In this document: one piece after another, positions 9,120 to 17,280 of the stretch
Numbering within the stretch: position 1 is the first letter of the stretch
Layout: each line of letters opens with the position of its first letter
From: an uncultured Candidatus Saccharibacteria bacterium
GTDB lineage: Bacteria > Patescibacteriota > Minisyncoccia > Phycocordibacterales > UBA9973
Assembly (NCBI GenBank): GCA_964348725.1
Contig: CAYGDG010000001.1
Coordinates: 65,898-129,897, forward strand
Length of the DNA: 64,000 nt
Direction of reading: 5' to 3'
The notes under the pieces: generated by a model
What the model was told of the DNA's origin: nothing
The model's input: only the letters and a program-made list of their open reading frames with translations
Databases searched by the model: none
Program-made: the position numbers and the translations under genes

Positions 9120-9980
9120 TCATTTTGCTTTGTGCTTATTTAGTAGATAAAGAATATTATTAAGCTCTAGCCATAGGTACACATATTCCTTTTCAGTAAA
9201 ATTTTTTGGCTGACCTCCATTCTCGTGGTGAACATTTTTAATTACATAATCTAGAAAATTCTCAAAGTCAGAATTACTATCGTTAAATAGTATGTTTGAT
9301 AACTGCTTTTTCTCATGGATCCGCGGAAAGGTTCCGTCTGATCTTTTATAGCCATTCTGTAATGTATTTTCCACAACCTTTTTGAGATTATCGAGTGACT
9401 TATTATAAAAAAGTTTATCACTTTTAATTACATCTTTTTTATACAAAAGAAAATCTGAGACACATTCTTGATAGCGAATTTTATTATCACCTTCTAAGTC
9501 CGAATCGTTAGAATTGATTAATCTCGTATTTATCTCGTCAATCTTCCTTCGAAAATCATGATTTTTCTTATCGTAGTAGAAATCAAGATTAAAAACACTA
9601 GGGTTATTTGAACTAGCTATCAAATCAAAAAATTTATAAGTAATCACTGTAAAATCAGATCTTCGTTCATTGGGTATTTTTTGATACTGCCATTCTTCTT
9701 TTCCGAGGTATTGTAAGATGTTTGGTAATATTTCATTAAAAAATGATAAGAAAATTTCTTGCTCACCGTTCAAGTAAGTTTCTGCCAAAAAACTCATTAC
9801 AGGGTACCCATTTCTTTTTTTCTCACTATATTTATATTGAGAATTAATATCATCCGTTAGAATATACCTAATAATATTTTTATTCTCTGCTTCATTAAAT
9901 AAATTACAGGCTGATGCGTAAAAAGATTGATAATCATGAGCAAACTTTTCAAGATTAAGTTTTTGAAATTCATCATTCAT
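9120..9980 (-). CDS. Uncharacterised 286-aa protein, operon partner of the Shedu-like nuclease
   Basis: AT-rich ORF whose start overlaps the stop of the upstream gene by 8 nt (co-operonic). Asn/Lys/Tyr-rich composition and no recognisable motif. Confidence 0.6.
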   Translation of the reverse strand: MNDEFQKLNLEKFAHDYQSFYASACNLFNEAENKNIIRYILTDDINSQYKYSEKKRNGYPVMSFLAETYLNGEQEIFLSFFNEILPNILQYLGKEEWQYQKIPNERRSDFTVITYKFFDLIASSNNPSVFNLDFYYDKKNHDFRRKIDEINTRLINSNDSDLEGDNKIRYQECVSDFLLYKKDVIKSDKLFYNKSLDNLKKVVENTLQNGYKRSDGTFPRIHEKKQLSNILFNDSNSDFENFLDYVIKNVHHENGGQPKNFTEKEYVYLWLELNNILYLLNKHKAK

Positions 9981-11040
9981 ATAATGATTTTAAAAGTTTT
10001 AACTTTGAAATGACTTCATCAAAGGTCAGTATTTGATTCTTGCCTAATGATTTTCGAAATAGATCAAAAGACTTTTTTTGAGTTTCAGAAAGCGAATCGT
10101 ATGTTCCAGCTATTAAGACTCCGCAAGGGTTTAAATGTGTGAGTCCATCAAAATCAGCACCAATTTGAGTATTAAAATATTCTGTAGCAATATGAATTTG
10201 ATTTTCCATTTGAACAACTCCACCCGATAGATCTCCATGAATGCTGTACACTTCATTTTTTTCTCCGGAATCTTTTTCTCCTCGGTAACATGAACCGACA
10301 AGCGAGCAATTTGGCTCTTTAATCTCGACAACCGCAAAACTTCCATTTGAACCATTTTTAAATAAAAAATCAGTTGCAGATCCGCCTGACCCTTGGCGGC
10401 CTTTCGAATTTTTTCCACCTAAATATGTTTCTCCATTTAAGTATATAACGGGATATAAGAAAACTTGTTGCAATACCCACGGACGTTCTTCAAAAAAGGT
10501 TTGCCAAAAAGATTCTTCGTGATTTGAAAGACTAGACTCCATGTCAGCGATAGCTTTTTCAAGTCGAGCACGTCCAATTGCAAGACCTAGATTTTCAAAA
10601 TTGTTATCTTCAAGAGATCGTAACTGTTCAATGACCCATTCTCGATTAGAGATGTCTCCAATTTGTAAAAAAATACCAGGTGCACTTTCTTTCGTTAATG
10701 GAACTACTGTCGTTCCATAGGAATGACCATACTTTGTAAGAGTACTATTAATTTCAGATAACCTACTAAGTAATAAAGATACTTCTTCACCTTTGAGGGA
10801 AAGCTCGTAGCCTTCGTCTGACTTTAACGAGCTGAGTGTTTCATGTTCAATTGTCTCCCAAGTTCCTAAACGGGATTTTCTTTCAAATCTGAATAGGCCT
10901 CTTAACGAGTTGTCTGATTCGCTTACCCAAACAGGTGCAAAGATAAGACGAGATGTACTTGTCTCACGTAGCACAATAGGACTTATGTCCATTGTGGCAT
11001 TTGATGTTGATTTGGTAATTATTCTAGCAAGCATATTCAT
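9973..11040 (-). CDS. Shedu (SduA)/DUF4263-like PD-(D/E)xK nuclease
   Basis: 355 aa. The central segment ESFWQTFFEERPWVLQQVF resembles the DUF4263 N-terminal signature. Putative catalytic residues lie in TDFLF...FAVVEIKEP (D...ExK), and the tail ILTFDEVISKL is typical of the family. AT-rich composition; the gene sits directly downstream of a tRNA. Confidence 0.5.
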   Translation of the reverse strand: MNMLARIITKSTSNATMDISPIVLRETSTSRLIFAPVWVSESDNSLRGLFRFERKSRLGTWETIEHETLSSLKSDEGYELSLKGEEVSLLLSRLSEINSTLTKYGHSYGTTVVPLTKESAPGIFLQIGDISNREWVIEQLRSLEDNNFENLGLAIGRARLEKAIADMESSLSNHEESFWQTFFEERPWVLQQVFLYPVIYLNGETYLGGKNSKGRQGSGGSATDFLFKNGSNGSFAVVEIKEPNCSLVGSCYRGEKDSGEKNEVYSIHGDLSGGVVQMENQIHIATEYFNTQIGADFDGLTHLNPCGVLIAGTYDSLSETQKKSFDLFRKSLGKNQILTFDEVISKLKLLKSLYE

Positions 11041-11067
11041 AATAAAACTTCTCGTGCTAGCACGATA

Positions 11068-11141
11068 CGGTGACCCTACCGGGAATCGAACCCGGATTTA
11101 AGGCTTGAGAAGCCTCCGTCCTAACCGTTAGACGATAGGGC
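11068..11141 (-). tRNA. tRNA-Glu (anticodon CTC)
   Basis: Minus-strand read GGCCCTATCGTCTAACGGTTAGGACGGAGGCTTCTCAAGCCTTAAATCCGGGTTCGATTCCCGGTAGGGTCACC folds as a cloverleaf with anticodon loop TTCTCAA. D arm TCGTCTA..GGTTAGGAC is Glu-like. Confidence 0.85.
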
Positions 11142-11198
11142 CATCGACAGGTGCCTATCATAAACGATAGGCCCAAGTGGAAACATCATATCATTTAC

Positions 11199-11244
11199 AT
11201 AAAAAAAATCAAAAAAAAGAGAGCGTGCCTGGTGGGGCACGCTC
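11199..11244 (-). terminator. Rho-independent terminator (minus strand) after the Gre-like gene
   Basis: Perfect 10-bp stem GAGCGTGCC-TGGT-GGGCACGCTC followed by a T-run on the minus strand. Confidence 0.7.
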
Positions 11245-11275
11245 CTAAAATTAAAACTAATAAAACACATAAAAT

Positions 11276-11809
11276 TTACGCTACCGCTGCACCGGATTCT
11301 TCCGTCTGAAGAGCTAGATCTGCAGTATCTTCTTTCATGATCATCGGCAGTTCTTTTTCTGCGGTCGAATCTGTCAAAAAAGATTTTCCCTTGAACATCT
11401 TCTTTGCTTCAATAGGACCAACGATTTTTGAAATAATTAGGGTGATTTTTTTTCCTGTACCTTCGTGAGTAAAGGATTTCGTTTGTCCTTTACGTCCTCC
11501 AATAAGTGCTTTACCTATGGGGGAACTCTCTGAGGAAACAGAATGATTCTTTGGGAGGCCGTCTCCGTTCAGGGGATAGCCATCGATGATAGTGAAGTAA
11601 TTTTCTGCACCGATCATGAATGCTATCCCGCTTCCGAATTTGGCCACCTTTGTTTGTTCATTTTTCGGGTAAAATTCCGGTGCTGCGACGAGCTTCGAAT
11701 ACAGCCTTTTCTGCTGTTCCGTTGAGTTTGGGTCTTTTAAAAGTTTGCGTGCGTGTTTTTTGGACCAAGGAAGAATCCGTAGGTGTCCAGGAGTTTCATG
11801 ACTGACCAT
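11276..11809 (-). CDS. GreA/GreB-family (Rnk-like) protein with the Gre C-terminal FKBP-like domain only
   Basis: SPIGKALIGGRKGQTKSF...KITLIISKI matches the Gre-factor C-terminal domain. It lacks the N-terminal coiled coil. An upstream TTGACT-N17-TATACT promoter lies on the minus strand. Confidence 0.7.
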   Translation of the reverse strand: MVSHETPGHLRILPWSKKHARKLLKDPNSTEQQKRLYSKLVAAPEFYPKNEQTKVAKFGSGIAFMIGAENYFTIIDGYPLNGDGLPKNHSVSSESSPIGKALIGGRKGQTKSFTHEGTGKKITLIISKIVGPIEAKKMFKGKSFLTDSTAEKELPMIMKEDTADLALQTEESGAAVA

Positions 11810-11892
11810 AAATTTTAGTTTTTTTTTAGTTAAACAAAGATCGTTAGTTAGCTTTTAGTATATAAAATCTATAATCTAAAGTCAAAGTGTGG

Positions 11893-11926
11893 GATTATAA
11901 AAAAGCACGATCTTACGGGATCGTGC
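11893..11926 (-). terminator. Rho-independent terminator (minus strand)
   Basis: AAGCACGATC-TTACGG-GATCGTGCTT, a 10-bp perfect stem with a T-run on the minus strand. Confidence 0.65.
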
Positions 11927-11954
11927 TTTAAATTAATAACAAAAAAACTGTTTT

Positions 11955-11981
11955 AGGCTATGCTATTTTATAGCATAGCCT
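11955..11981 (-). terminator. Hairpin/terminator overlapping the stop of the 11963-12178 ORF
   Basis: AGGCTATGCTAT-TTTA-TAGCATAGCCT, a perfect 11-12 bp stem followed by a T-rich tract on the minus strand. Confidence 0.5.
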
Positions 11982-12178
11982 TTGTAGCGTCCCCGTTCGT
12001 CTTTGGTCGGGGTGATCGAATGTGTTCTCGCCAATATCTTGCCATTGCCTCCCTGAATAGGGGTGGAACTGAGGCCTGGATTATTATCCAGTGTTCTTTT
12101 GGCTTCTTTTAAGCCTGTTTGAAAAGTACCTACTGTTTCTGCGGTAGGATAGAATTGGGGAGAGTGTTTTGTCTTCAT
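11963..12178 (-). CDS. Small hypothetical protein (71 aa)
   Basis: ORF whose last codons are encoded by the terminator stem. No homology recognised. Possibly co-transcribed with rmuC. Confidence 0.3.
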   Translation of the reverse strand: MKTKHSPQFYPTAETVGTFQTGLKEAKRTLDNNPGLSSTPIQGGNGKILARTHSITPTKDERGRYKGYAIK

Positions 12179-12267
12179 ACACTTAGGTTTTTAAATTTTT
12201 AATGAAATATTGGTTAGCCTTCATTATAAGGAATGTGGGTATTTTAGTCAACTATTTCGGTGGATAT

Positions 12268-13317
12268 CTATTCTTCAAATTTTGGCTTCTCGATCTCGAG
12301 GCTCGTGAGCTCAGGCGAGGAGCCGGTGATTCGCATGACGTCTTTATCTATTTGTTTCAGTGCTTTATTGGATGCGGTGTAATGGTTTACTACTGTGCCG
12401 AGCGCGTTGCCGAGCTTGAGGTGGTATTCTTCGTAGCCTTTCAAATGCTTACCGAGGTCTTCCACGCGCTTGATGATGTCTTTAGCACTTTCTTCTATCT
12501 GCATCGCTTTTAAGCCCTGGAGGACTGTCTGCAAATATGCCAGGAATGAAGTGGGCGAAGTGATGATGACTTTGTATTTGCCCGCCGCGCGCTGGATGAG
12601 GTTTTCGTTGTCTTCGTCTTTCAGTCCGCCGATCTTGTTCACCAGCAAGTCATAATAGATAGCTTCGTGGGGGATGAACATGAAAGCAAAGTCGGTGGTG
12701 CCTTGGCTCGGCTGTACGTATTTTGCTGTTTCTACTATTCTGTTTTTTAGGTCGTTCACGAATATCTTTTCATATCTTTCTTTTTCGCCCGCGTCTATCG
12801 CTTCTGCCATACGATTGTAATTTTCCAACGAGAATTTTGAATCTATCGGAATTATTTTATCTTTCACGAATACCACTGCGTCCACTATCGTGCTGTCGGG
12901 GAATGGGTACTGCATCTGGTAACTGCCGGGCGGGAGGACATTTTTCAAAACCGTCTCCAAATAATATTCGCCGAGTATTCCGCGCTGTTTTGGATTCTTT
13001 AATATATTTTGCAAGTCCTGCAATTGGTCTGCAAAGCCCACGACTTGCTTTTGCCCTTCGCCCACGCGCACGAGCTCTTCAGTAATCTCGCGGATTATTT
13101 TATTTGATTCAGTGGAGTGAAATTTAAGAGACTCATTCATTTGCTTGTGCGTGTCGCCGAGTTTCGCGTCCACTGTCTTCTGTAATTCGTTCATCTGCTG
13201 GAGCAGGAGAGAAAAGCCCGTATCGTTCTGCGTATTTTCTTTTTTTCTGCCAAAGACGAAATAAACGACCACGCCGCCTGCGATGAGCCCGATAAGTATC
13301 CAAAATCCTGTTTGCAT
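12268..13317 (-). CDS. rmuC: DNA recombination protein RmuC
   Basis: N-terminal TM helix, a long coiled coil and the conserved LGEYYLETVL, FMFIPHEAIYYD region of the RmuC family. Confidence 0.85.
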   Translation of the reverse strand: MQTGFWILIGLIAGGVVVYFVFGRKKENTQNDTGFSLLLQQMNELQKTVDAKLGDTHKQMNESLKFHSTESNKIIREITEELVRVGEGQKQVVGFADQLQDLQNILKNPKQRGILGEYYLETVLKNVLPPGSYQMQYPFPDSTIVDAVVFVKDKIIPIDSKFSLENYNRMAEAIDAGEKERYEKIFVNDLKNRIVETAKYVQPSQGTTDFAFMFIPHEAIYYDLLVNKIGGLKDEDNENLIQRAAGKYKVIITSPTSFLAYLQTVLQGLKAMQIEESAKDIIKRVEDLGKHLKGYEEYHLKLGNALGTVVNHYTASNKALKQIDKDVMRITGSSPELTSLEIEKPKFEE

Positions 13318-13624
13318 AGGTCTATTTTAGCAGGATTTATAAGAATAGAATAGCACTTGACAAAATATCTTTAATTTGCTATGCTCACTAGTAAGAATAT
13401 CTTTGCAAGTAAATACAGCCACGGGAGTGTAGCCCATTACTCGTGCTGAACATAATCAGTAGAATGAGCTTCTTGAGTCAAATTACAACAGACGATCTTT
13501 AATCTGTTGAGATGAGCCTAGTTTTTGTTTTTGGTGCACGAAAACATGACTAGTGAGATAAGTTCTATACACGTAAGCGCAGTTAGCAACTTGGATCAGC
13601 GAATGTGTTTATTGCAAAATTTTC

Positions 13625-13667
13625 AAAACCGCCCTCAAAAAATAATTGAGGCGGTTTTTTTATTTTC
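13625..13667. terminator. Bidirectional rho-independent terminator
   Basis: CCGCCCTCAA-AAAATAA-TTGAGGCGG followed by TTTTTTTATTTT, with an A-run on the other side. It lies 50 nt downstream of the exoX-like gene stop. Confidence 0.7.
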
Positions 13668-13711
13668 TGTATTTGTTAGAAATTCTGCTATGGCTGAAAA
13701 CCTAACAAAGA

Positions 13712-14425
13712 TTATTTCCCCAAAAAGTGCTCCAGCGTATAAATCCAATCTTCTTCATTTGATTCACTTTGTTTTTTCTGGGCGAGTAACCACTGCAGAT
13801 ATCCCGGGTCTATGCGCGCGACGTCTTCTACCTTTTGCCCGTTGTATTTACCGAAAGGGAATGTCCGCATCAGGGACGGCTTGGCGGAAATTTCTATCAT
13901 TTTTTCTATAGCCTCGTCTTCACTCATACCGCTGTCGGTCAATTTTTTCTGTAATCTTTCAAAAAGCTTTTCTAATACTTTCACATCACCCATGGCATCG
14001 TGCGCTTGCGCGTCTATTTCTATTTCCAAGAGGTAGCGCAAGTATTGCAGATTATATTTTTCAATTTTCCCTTCGGCGTCCAGGTCGCGCGCCACGCGCA
14101 AAGTGCAGATGAAATTTGCCGGCACTATGCCTTCATTTTTCAGCATGCCCAAATCAAAAGCCGCATTGTGCGCGACGCAGATGGTTTCAGCATCTTCAAA
14201 AAGTTCTTTTATTTTTTGCTTGCCTTCATGCTCGGCGAAAGATGCTTTGCTTTCCACCATCTTATTTGAAATGTGATGCACTGCGCTGGCTTCTGGTGGA
14301 ATTTTTACCGGCGGCTTGTAGAGGCAGTTGAATTCTTCAGCACCATACTTGTATGCCAGCTGGCAGATGTAATCAGTAGTTGTATTACCAGTAGTCTCCG
14401 TATCAAAAAATATTATTTTCTTCAT
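13712..14425 (-). CDS. DEDDh 3'-5' exonuclease (exonuclease X-like) with C-terminal DUF3820-like domain
   Basis: Exo I/II/III motifs FFDTETTG, HNAAFDLGML, HDAMGDV. The C-terminal FGKYNGQKVEDV...DPGYLQWLL resembles the ExoX C-terminal domain. Confidence 0.8.
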   Translation of the reverse strand: MKKIIFFDTETTGNTTTDYICQLAYKYGAEEFNCLYKPPVKIPPEASAVHHISNKMVESKASFAEHEGKQKIKELFEDAETICVAHNAAFDLGMLKNEGIVPANFICTLRVARDLDAEGKIEKYNLQYLRYLLEIEIDAQAHDAMGDVKVLEKLFERLQKKLTDSGMSEDEAIEKMIEISAKPSLMRTFPFGKYNGQKVEDVARIDPGYLQWLLAQKKQSESNEEDWIYTLEHFLGK

Positions 14426-14511
14426 ACTGATATTCTAGCATAATAAAAAAAGTATAAAAAATAGCCATATCAGTTTCCCAATATGGCTATTTAAATTCAA
14501 TCACTCACACA

Positions 14512-16074
14512 TTACTTTGCATACGGCTTGCAGACTTTCGCCTTCAAGGTCCAGAAGCTCACAGTGAATTTCTGCACGATATTACCGGTCACGCTTGCAG
14601 CTTTCGGAATATGAGTCAAATCAATTTTCTCTGGTGTTTGCTTAATATTATATGCATTATCCAGGTATGATCTGTACTCAATTCTTTTCCTTTCAACTTT
14701 ATTCGGCTTACCAGAAATTCTTTCTTTTTCCAGTCGTAATTTTCTTTGCTCCTCGAGTTTATCCGAAATATAATCCGCGCCGGAGCTGAGAAAAGTTTCT
14801 GTGTTTTTCCAAACTTTCTTCCTAAACTTTACAAGAAGCAAGAGAACGATAAGCCCTGCAAGTATTTTGAGTGTACTTGCAGATGTCGCACTGTTTGATA
14901 GGTGCGTCGCTACTTCAGGTTTTACCCAATTAACGGCTAAATTATATCCAAGCCAGGGAAGGAAAAAAAGAGCAAAGGCGAAGGCGGAAATCAATCCTGC
15001 CGTACCCCCACTGATTTCCTTGGGATCATCTGCCGGACGCCACGTAGCGAGAACAGGCCATAAATTTACACAAATACCAAACAGTGAAGCGGCACTTACC
15101 CAATTACTGGGTTCTTTGAATACGGAAGTCCAGAAAATTATTTGCAAAGTCACCTGGATAGTGAATGCGAGAGGTGACATCCAAACATGAATCTCCTTTT
15201 TGCCGAAAGTGTACGTCTTATAATCATCCCAATCAAGATCCTTTCCTGGGTTCGGACATTCGTCAACGTCTGCTTCCTTTTTAAAGATGTACGATGACCA
15301 AAGTTTTCCAAACCACTTCCATCTCCCGAATGAATTTGCCTGAAATCCGATAAAGAAACCACCGAGTTCAACGAATCCTTTTACTATGATCGTAACGAAT
15401 AGGGCGATTATTATGCGAACGATGAAGAAAACAATCCACCAAAGCATAAGAAGAAAATACCAAATCGGTAACGCAATCAATTTTGGGATAAACGTAAGCA
15501 AGATTCGCCTGCGCAGATCGCATTGGTCTTCCGGTTTGTGCTTGAACCACAGATTTCCAAACCAGTAGATGGCTTTGGAAACTTTTGTTTGAGGTCTCCG
15601 CGCAAAGAACGCTTCCGGAATTTCAACAAATTTTTCCGCATATGCTACCTGTCCCTCAAATGTGTCGCGCTCGCCGTTCAGATCCGAATACCAAAGCATA
15701 TGCTGATAATAGGATCCATCACGTTTGAGGAATTTTTTCTCATCTTTTTCATAAAGTTCTTTCAAGAAAATAAAGATGAGATGGTGCACTCCAGGAGAAA
15801 TAAACTGAACGAATTGGATCGGCTGATTCAATTTGAAGATCATTCTTTTGCCGCGCCTCGTGGTGTGGTTTGACTCATTACGGTCGTATTTTACGTCGTC
15901 TTCACTGCGGTCAATGATTAAGACATGTGTCGGCATTTTATCACGAACTTCTTCGTTGAAGCCATAAGTTACCGGTACTGTAGCTGAATCAAGTTGCGGT
16001 TTTCCGCCATTTAATACGACCTTCACGGAACTCTGTTCCGGGAGGAAATTTGTGTGAGGTTTTTCTGGTTCCAT
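14512..16074 (-). CDS. Large polytopic membrane protein of unknown function
   Basis: 520 aa. A soluble N-terminal domain of about 190 aa is followed by at least 8 predicted TM helices and a C-terminal charged coiled-coil tail. No family recognised. Confidence 0.7.
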   Translation of the reverse strand: MEPEKPHTNFLPEQSSVKVVLNGGKPQLDSATVPVTYGFNEEVRDKMPTHVLIIDRSEDDVKYDRNESNHTTRRGKRMIFKLNQPIQFVQFISPGVHHLIFIFLKELYEKDEKKFLKRDGSYYQHMLWYSDLNGERDTFEGQVAYAEKFVEIPEAFFARRPQTKVSKAIYWFGNLWFKHKPEDQCDLRRRILLTFIPKLIALPIWYFLLMLWWIVFFIVRIIIALFVTIIVKGFVELGGFFIGFQANSFGRWKWFGKLWSSYIFKKEADVDECPNPGKDLDWDDYKTYTFGKKEIHVWMSPLAFTIQVTLQIIFWTSVFKEPSNWVSAASLFGICVNLWPVLATWRPADDPKEISGGTAGLISAFAFALFFLPWLGYNLAVNWVKPEVATHLSNSATSASTLKILAGLIVLLLLVKFRKKVWKNTETFLSSGADYISDKLEEQRKLRLEKERISGKPNKVERKRIEYRSYLDNAYNIKQTPEKIDLTHIPKAASVTGNIVQKFTVSFWTLKAKVCKPYAK

Positions 16075-16185
16075 TTTTATGTAGGTTTAAGTTTTCAAAA
16101 AATTTATTTGTTGCTAATTTAGCATAATAAGATCAATAAAGTCAATAGCTTCTAAGAGAGAATGGATGCATTGGCCGCGTCTTTT

Positions 16186-16201
16186 TGTTATAATATTTCC
16201 C
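16186..16201 (+). promoter_or_regulatory. Extended -10 promoter driving a leaderless yqeY mRNA
   Basis: TGTTATAAT at 16186-16194, then a 7-nt spacer, then ATG at 16202. Confidence 0.5.
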
Positions 16202-16651
16202 ATGTTACACGAACAGATAAAAAGCCAAATAAAAGAAGCCATGATGGCAAAGGATAGCGTACGGCTCGAAGTACTTCGTGGCATGAGTGCCGCTTGTACG
16301 AATGAAGCCGTAGCGAAAGGCAAGACCCCGCAGGATATGCTGACGGACGAGGAAACGCTCGCAGTCATCACGCGCCTCGCGAAGCAGAGAAAAGATTCCA
16401 TAGAGCAATTCACAAAAGGCGGCAGGGAAGACTTGGTGGCCGAAGAATCTGCCCAGCTCGCGATCTTGGAAACATACTTGCCGGCGATGATGCCGCGCGA
16501 AGAAGTAGAAAAAATCGCCCGCGCAAAAAAAGAAGAACTTGCTATAACCGATCCGACCAAAAAAGGCATGCTCATGTCCGCGCTGATGAAAGACCTGAAA
16601 GGCAAAGCTGACGGCAATGACGTGAAAGCGGCGGTGGATTCTCTGTTCTAA
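16202..16651 (+). CDS. yqeY: GatB/YqeY domain protein
   Basis: MLHEQIKSQIKEAMMAKDSVRLEVLRG... is the characteristic YqeY helical domain. The ORF-track start at 16166 is replaced by the ATG placed for a leaderless transcript. Confidence 0.8.
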   Translation: MLHEQIKSQIKEAMMAKDSVRLEVLRGMSAACTNEAVAKGKTPQDMLTDEETLAVITRLAKQRKDSIEQFTKGGREDLVAEESAQLAILETYLPAMMPREEVEKIARAKKEELAITDPTKKGMLMSALMKDLKGKADGNDVKAAVDSLF

Positions 16652-16662
16652 AGAATACCGTC

Positions 16663-17280
16663 ATGCACACCGTTAATTTCCTGACTCATCTCGTAGAAAA
16701 TCACCAAGCATTGGCGTATCTTTTTATTTTCATAGGGCTCATATTTGAAGGCGAAATCATCGTCATCTCTGCGGGCATCCTGGCGCACCTCGGCGCGCTA
16801 GATATCTTTACCGCGCTTCTTTTCATCTGGGGCGGCGGCGTGGTAAAGATGCTGGCCGGCTATCACCTCGGCTATCTTCTGCAGAAAAAGTACAATCACA
16901 ATCGCTTTTTTCGTTATTTAGAGCACAAAGTGTCGCACATCATGCCACACTTCCGTGAAAAACCCTTCTGGTCAATTTTCATTTCAAAGTTTATAATGGG
17001 AGCGAACTGCATTGTGATAATTTTTTCCGGGTATGAGCGCATACCATTCCGCACATATTTGAAAGCTGAGCTCATTTCCACCGCCATCTGGGCGCCGGTC
17101 ATGCTCTGCCTCGGATATTTCTTCAGCCACACCGCTCTTTCCATCACGCGCGAGATAGGCAAGTTCACGCTGATTGTCGCGGGTCTCACGATCGGATTCT
17201 TTATTATAGATCGCCTCATCGCCATGCTGTATGAATATCTGGAAACTATAAAAAATCAAAAAAATGGACAAGAAAAATAA
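16663..17280 (+). CDS. dedA: DedA/SNARE-associated (VTT domain) membrane protein
   Basis: LFIFIGLIFEGEIIVISAGIL matches the DedA signature [F/Y]xxxGxxxEGE. Multiple TM helices. Confidence 0.8.
   Translation: MHTVNFLTHLVENHQALAYLFIFIGLIFEGEIIVISAGILAHLGALDIFTALLFIWGGGVVKMLAGYHLGYLLQKKYNHNRFFRYLEHKVSHIMPHFREKPFWSIFISKFIMGANCIVIIFSGYERIPFRTYLKAELISTAIWAPVMLCLGYFFSHTALSITREIGKFTLIVAGLTIGFFIIDRLIAMLYEYLETIKNQKNGQEK

Noticed and set aside
12202-13085. Plus-strand ORFs (12202-12513, 12470-12655, 12723-13085) antisense to rmuC
   Set aside because: Fully contained within the well-supported rmuC gene on the opposite strand. Their translations are Phe/Leu/Ser-rich, typical of antisense frames.
13525-13911. 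128-aa plus-strand ORF spanning the terminator and the exonuclease gene 3' end
   Set aside because: It reads through a strong bidirectional terminator and is antisense to the DEDDh exonuclease gene. Judged spurious.
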